Source: Reclinomonas americana ATCC 50394 (lineage: Eukaryota). Taken from it: 64,000 bases of DNA. A program made the translations under genes and the position numbers. Positions 61,348-64,000 of the stretch are shown here, piece by piece. The DNA lies in the NCBI GenBank assembly GCA_048213135.1, contig PS015010.1, forward strand, positions 1,302,001-1,366,000, given 5' to 3'. The notes under the pieces were generated by a model. That model did not search any database. It was not told where the DNA came from and saw only the letters and a program-made list of their open reading frames with translations. Within the stretch, counting starts at the first letter, position 1, and each line of letters begins with the position of its first letter.

Positions 61348-64000
61348 TTACGGCCCACCTGAAGGAGGTACCGGGGTTGCGGGTGCTGTAGATGCCGGGG
61401 CCGGTGGCGTTGGTTTTTTAACATTTTTCCTTACCTCGGTTACCCGGTATTCTGTTATGTCGGCATAACTCATAGGCACATTTGTATCGTCGGATAACTT
61501 GTCCGGAGAATAATAGAACTTATTTTCTGTCAGGTTATCGCCATCAGCACCAGGCTCTCCCGGATCATGATATGAAACCGCATTGTCAAGATAAGAAAAA
61601 TAATTACCATTAGCGTCAGTTCCCATTCCTACTATCACAACAAAGTGCTGAGTTTTAACATTGTAGTTTTTAAATTTTGAAGTCAACACGCCACCATCCG
61701 GCTCAGCAGCGGTTACTTCAGTTAGTCCAACCATTATGGGCTCACCATTCTGGAGCGATTCTTTGATAGCAAGTATGCCTTTTACATATTCTTCTTTCAA
61801 GTTGGGTTTCTTATACCGTTTCTGAAGTACATTATCGGCGTGCATGGTTATTTGCTGACTTGGCCCCACAGCTGCAACACCGGCATCTTTCAATTGTGTA
61901 TCTGCTGCTTTCTTGCAATTTCTTCCGCAAGCTGCGTAGGTACGTAATGCGGCGCCTCCTGTAACATCAGGCACATCTGTCCATGCGTCTGACAATGCAT
62001 AACTATTGGTATTAATATCGTCAACGGTACCCGCAGAAATGTTGGTCTGCACAGCTTTAAGTGTTTGGGTCTTAACAAAATCATCACTTACAATCCGTTG
62101 TTCATTACTTGTGCCGTATTTTCCAATCAATGTTCCGTTTGTGGTATAATACTCCTCAAGCCCATCAAGATCTACACACCATATGGGTTTATTACCCGCA
62201 AACTGGTAAGGGGTGTACCAGGGATATGACTGAGTCAGCGGATCAACGCTCAGGAACTTGCCCAGGCGGGGATCGTACATCCGCATACCATAATCCTGAA
62301 CATTTCCGTTCCCTTTCAGTTCATTGTCGTTTTCTTTACCATTAAATCCATACCTGTACTGATTTGAGGCTGCAAATTTCCTTTCCGGCATCATCATCCC
62401 AAAGGGATAATAGTCATTTGCGTTAATAACATCTGCCGTATAATAGTCAGCTATGCCATCAGGAGTATTGCTCACTTTTACATAAATAGGATCGCATTGT
62501 GGTGGCGGACCTCCCGGTGGCGGTGGCGCACATGGCGGATATACCCAGGTATATTCTCCATCATCTACCTGGAATTTCCTGTCAGATACGGTTACCAGTA
62601 CATTGCTCAAATGATTAGTGAGCTCAAAGAACTTCTTCCCTCTTTCAAAAACAGTCAATCCTGAACCGGCTGGCGGATTCTGCACATCGCGGTTCACATT
62701 GAACACGCCTATACGCGTACTGCCATATAGGTGTACCTCACTCTGGGTAAGGTGTCCGCTATTGAGGTTTGACCGCTTCTCATATACTGCCATTATATTC
62801 CCGCTCGCATCTTTTACATACCAGGTAGTCAGTCCGTCTACTGTTTTACTTATACGGTTGCCGGCGGCATCATAGGTATAACTGATAACGTACCCTACAC
62901 TTCCCGATCCTTTATTCAGGGACTTTATTTTACCATAAACGGTCCAGGTTATGCCGCTTATATCCTCCTTATCATCCTTGGTCATGTTGCCAATCGCGTC
63001 ATATCCATAGTTATCATCCGGCTGATTGTCGACGTCATCAGCACTGTAGGTACTGCTTACGGCATCCTTAACATGACGCAGGCGGTTGTTGACCAGTTTA
63101 CCCGATTGTATGTTATAGCCGTAAGTAAGGTTATCCATAAGATTACCATCAGCACCGTTACGTTTATAGGTTTTGATATTGCCGTTGGCATCGTAAGTGA
63201 TATCCTCCCTGTAAGCATTGGTAGCCGATACGTTCCAACTGTTTGTGGCAATATTTAAACCCTTATACGTACTCATCTTGGTCAGGCGGTTCAGCTGATC
63301 ATAACGATAAGTGTACAGCAAGGCCCCTTCCTGTGCACTGGTGGTGGTAAACTTGCCGATATTGACACTCATTGCCGAGATATTACCATTATAAAGTCCT
63401 ACGAAACCAAATCCCGCAGCGGCAGGGTTAGCAAAAGGCTTAACGGAATTATCAATTGGTTTATAGTCGAATTGCCCCTGGGTTTCATTCTGGAAATAGT
63501 GCAGCGCATAACCAAATGCGTCCCTGGCCACATAGCCATTGACACCGCCCGGTATACCATCTGCCCCCATGTCATGCAAACCATCGCCGATGGCAGAGGT
63601 ATTTACCCCTTTAATCCACCCCTGCAGGGTATAACTGTAATCCAGCCCCTGCACCTGCTGTTGTCCAAGTACAATACGCGACAAAGGACCGTGCCGGTAA
63701 TAGGCATAACTGGCATCCCGTTCCCAAACCAGGCTATCATGGCTGGTGTATACGTCTGTAAGCTTATTCTCCGCATCGTACGCATAGCGATGGTAGAACT
63801 GGTCGGCCGGACTTACCCAGGCCTGTGCGGAAGAACTGTAATAACCGGGCTGGTAAGTTACCATGTTCACTTTACCACTGATAAGATCATAGTTGTAAGC
63901 TATTTTCTTATACCTGTTATCGCTGGTGTTCATGATATTGCTGTAATACTGGCTGCTGCCATAGTCCTGCAACAATGTATCCACATTACCATGTATATCA
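61348..64000 (-). CDS. Rhs/YD-repeat polymorphic toxin with papain-like (C39-like) C-terminal domain; 5' part outside window
   Basis: YD repeats (YDQLNRL, YDANGNI, YDAAGNR), DYYPFG, YGFNGKE, YDPRLGKFLSVDP, NKPIWCVDLDGL, then NC...HFVVIVG...D; frame open to window edge. Confidence 0.93.
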   Translation of the reverse strand, partial: DIHGNVDTLLQDYGSSQYYSNIMNTSDNRYKKIAYNYDLISGKVNMVTYQPGYYSSSAQAWVSPADQFYHRYAYDAENKLTDVYTSHDSLVWERDASYAYYRHGPLSRIVLGQQQVQGLDYSYTLQGWIKGVNTSAIGDGLHDMGADGIPGGVNGYVARDAFGYALHYFQNETQGQFDYKPIDNSVKPFANPAAAGFGFVGLYNGNISAMSVNIGKFTTTSAQEGALLYTYRYDQLNRLTKMSTYKGLNIATNSWNVSATNAYREDITYDANGNIKTYKRNGADGNLMDNLTYGYNIQSGKLVNNRLRHVKDAVSSTYSADDVDNQPDDNYGYDAIGNMTKDDKEDISGITWTVYGKIKSLNKGSGSVGYVISYTYDAAGNRISKTVDGLTTWYVKDASGNIMAVYEKRSNLNSGHLTQSEVHLYGSTRIGVFNVNRDVQNPPAGSGLTVFERGKKFFELTNHLSNVLVTVSDRKFQVDDGEYTWVYPPCAPPPPGGPPPQCDPIYVKVSNTPDGIADYYTADVINANDYYPFGMMMPERKFAASNQYRYGFNGKENDNELKGNGNVQDYGMRMYDPRLGKFLSVDPLTQSYPWYTPYQFAGNKPIWCVDLDGLEEYYTTNGTLIGKYGTSNEQRIVSDDFVKTQTLKAVQTNISAGTVDDINTNSYALSDAWTDVPDVTGGAALRTYAACGRNCKKAADTQLKDAGVAAVGPSQQITMHADNVLQKRYKKPNLKEEYVKGILAIKESLQNGEPIMVGLTEVTAAEPDGGVLTSKFKNYNVKTQHFVVIVGMGTDANGNYFSYLDNAVSYHDPGEPGADGDNLTENKFYYSPDKLSDDTNVPMSYADITEYRVTEVRKNVKKPTPPAPASTAPATPVPPSGGP
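62385..62411 (-). repeat. right inverted repeat (27 bp) inside the Rhs gene, candidate recombination site
   Basis: plus strand ccggcatcatcatcccaaagggataat; encodes YPFGMMMP on the minus strand. Confidence 0.92.

Noticed and set aside
58998-62384. Additional recombination sites making a multi-segment shufflon
   Set aside because: I found no third copy of the atccctttgggat core by eye, so only a two-state switch is supported.
1-64000. tRNA, rRNA or IS elements
   Set aside because: None recognised; intergenic regions are short and no transposase ORF is present.

Overview
This is a Bacteroidota chromosomal segment, most likely Chitinophagaceae (inferred from TAnnTTTG promoters, T9SS C-terminal domains and a Cys-type CcmE). 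It comes from a draft scaffold with three N-gaps. Positions 1-57.7 kb are mostly housekeeping and envelope genes: dctA-like, ung, acyltransferase, lptD-like, amidase, mlaD, OstA-like, aminotransferase, secDF, IscA-like, methylmalonyl-CoA mutase, ccmE/ccmF, bshB1, desaturase and glnS. They also include T9SS cargo: a 2663-aa surface protein, a C25-family protein whose middle contig is mis-oriented, and a DUF1800/DUF1501 pair. Many intergenic regions carry 7-bp-periodic repeats (mainly AATTACG), often as inverted arm pairs starting at stop codons. The main finding is at 57.8-64 kb, where a tyrosine recombinase sits next to a ~3.4-kb segment bounded by a perfect 27-bp inverted repeat. One copy lies inside an Rhs gene at the YPFGMMMP motif. 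The other lies at the start of an oppositely oriented orphan Rhs tip. Inversion would swap the Rhs C-terminal toxin in frame, from a papain-like Cys peptidase to an HExxH metallopeptidase, each with its own putative immunity gene. This is a candidate Rhs toxin shufflon; the inversion is inferred from layout, not observed.
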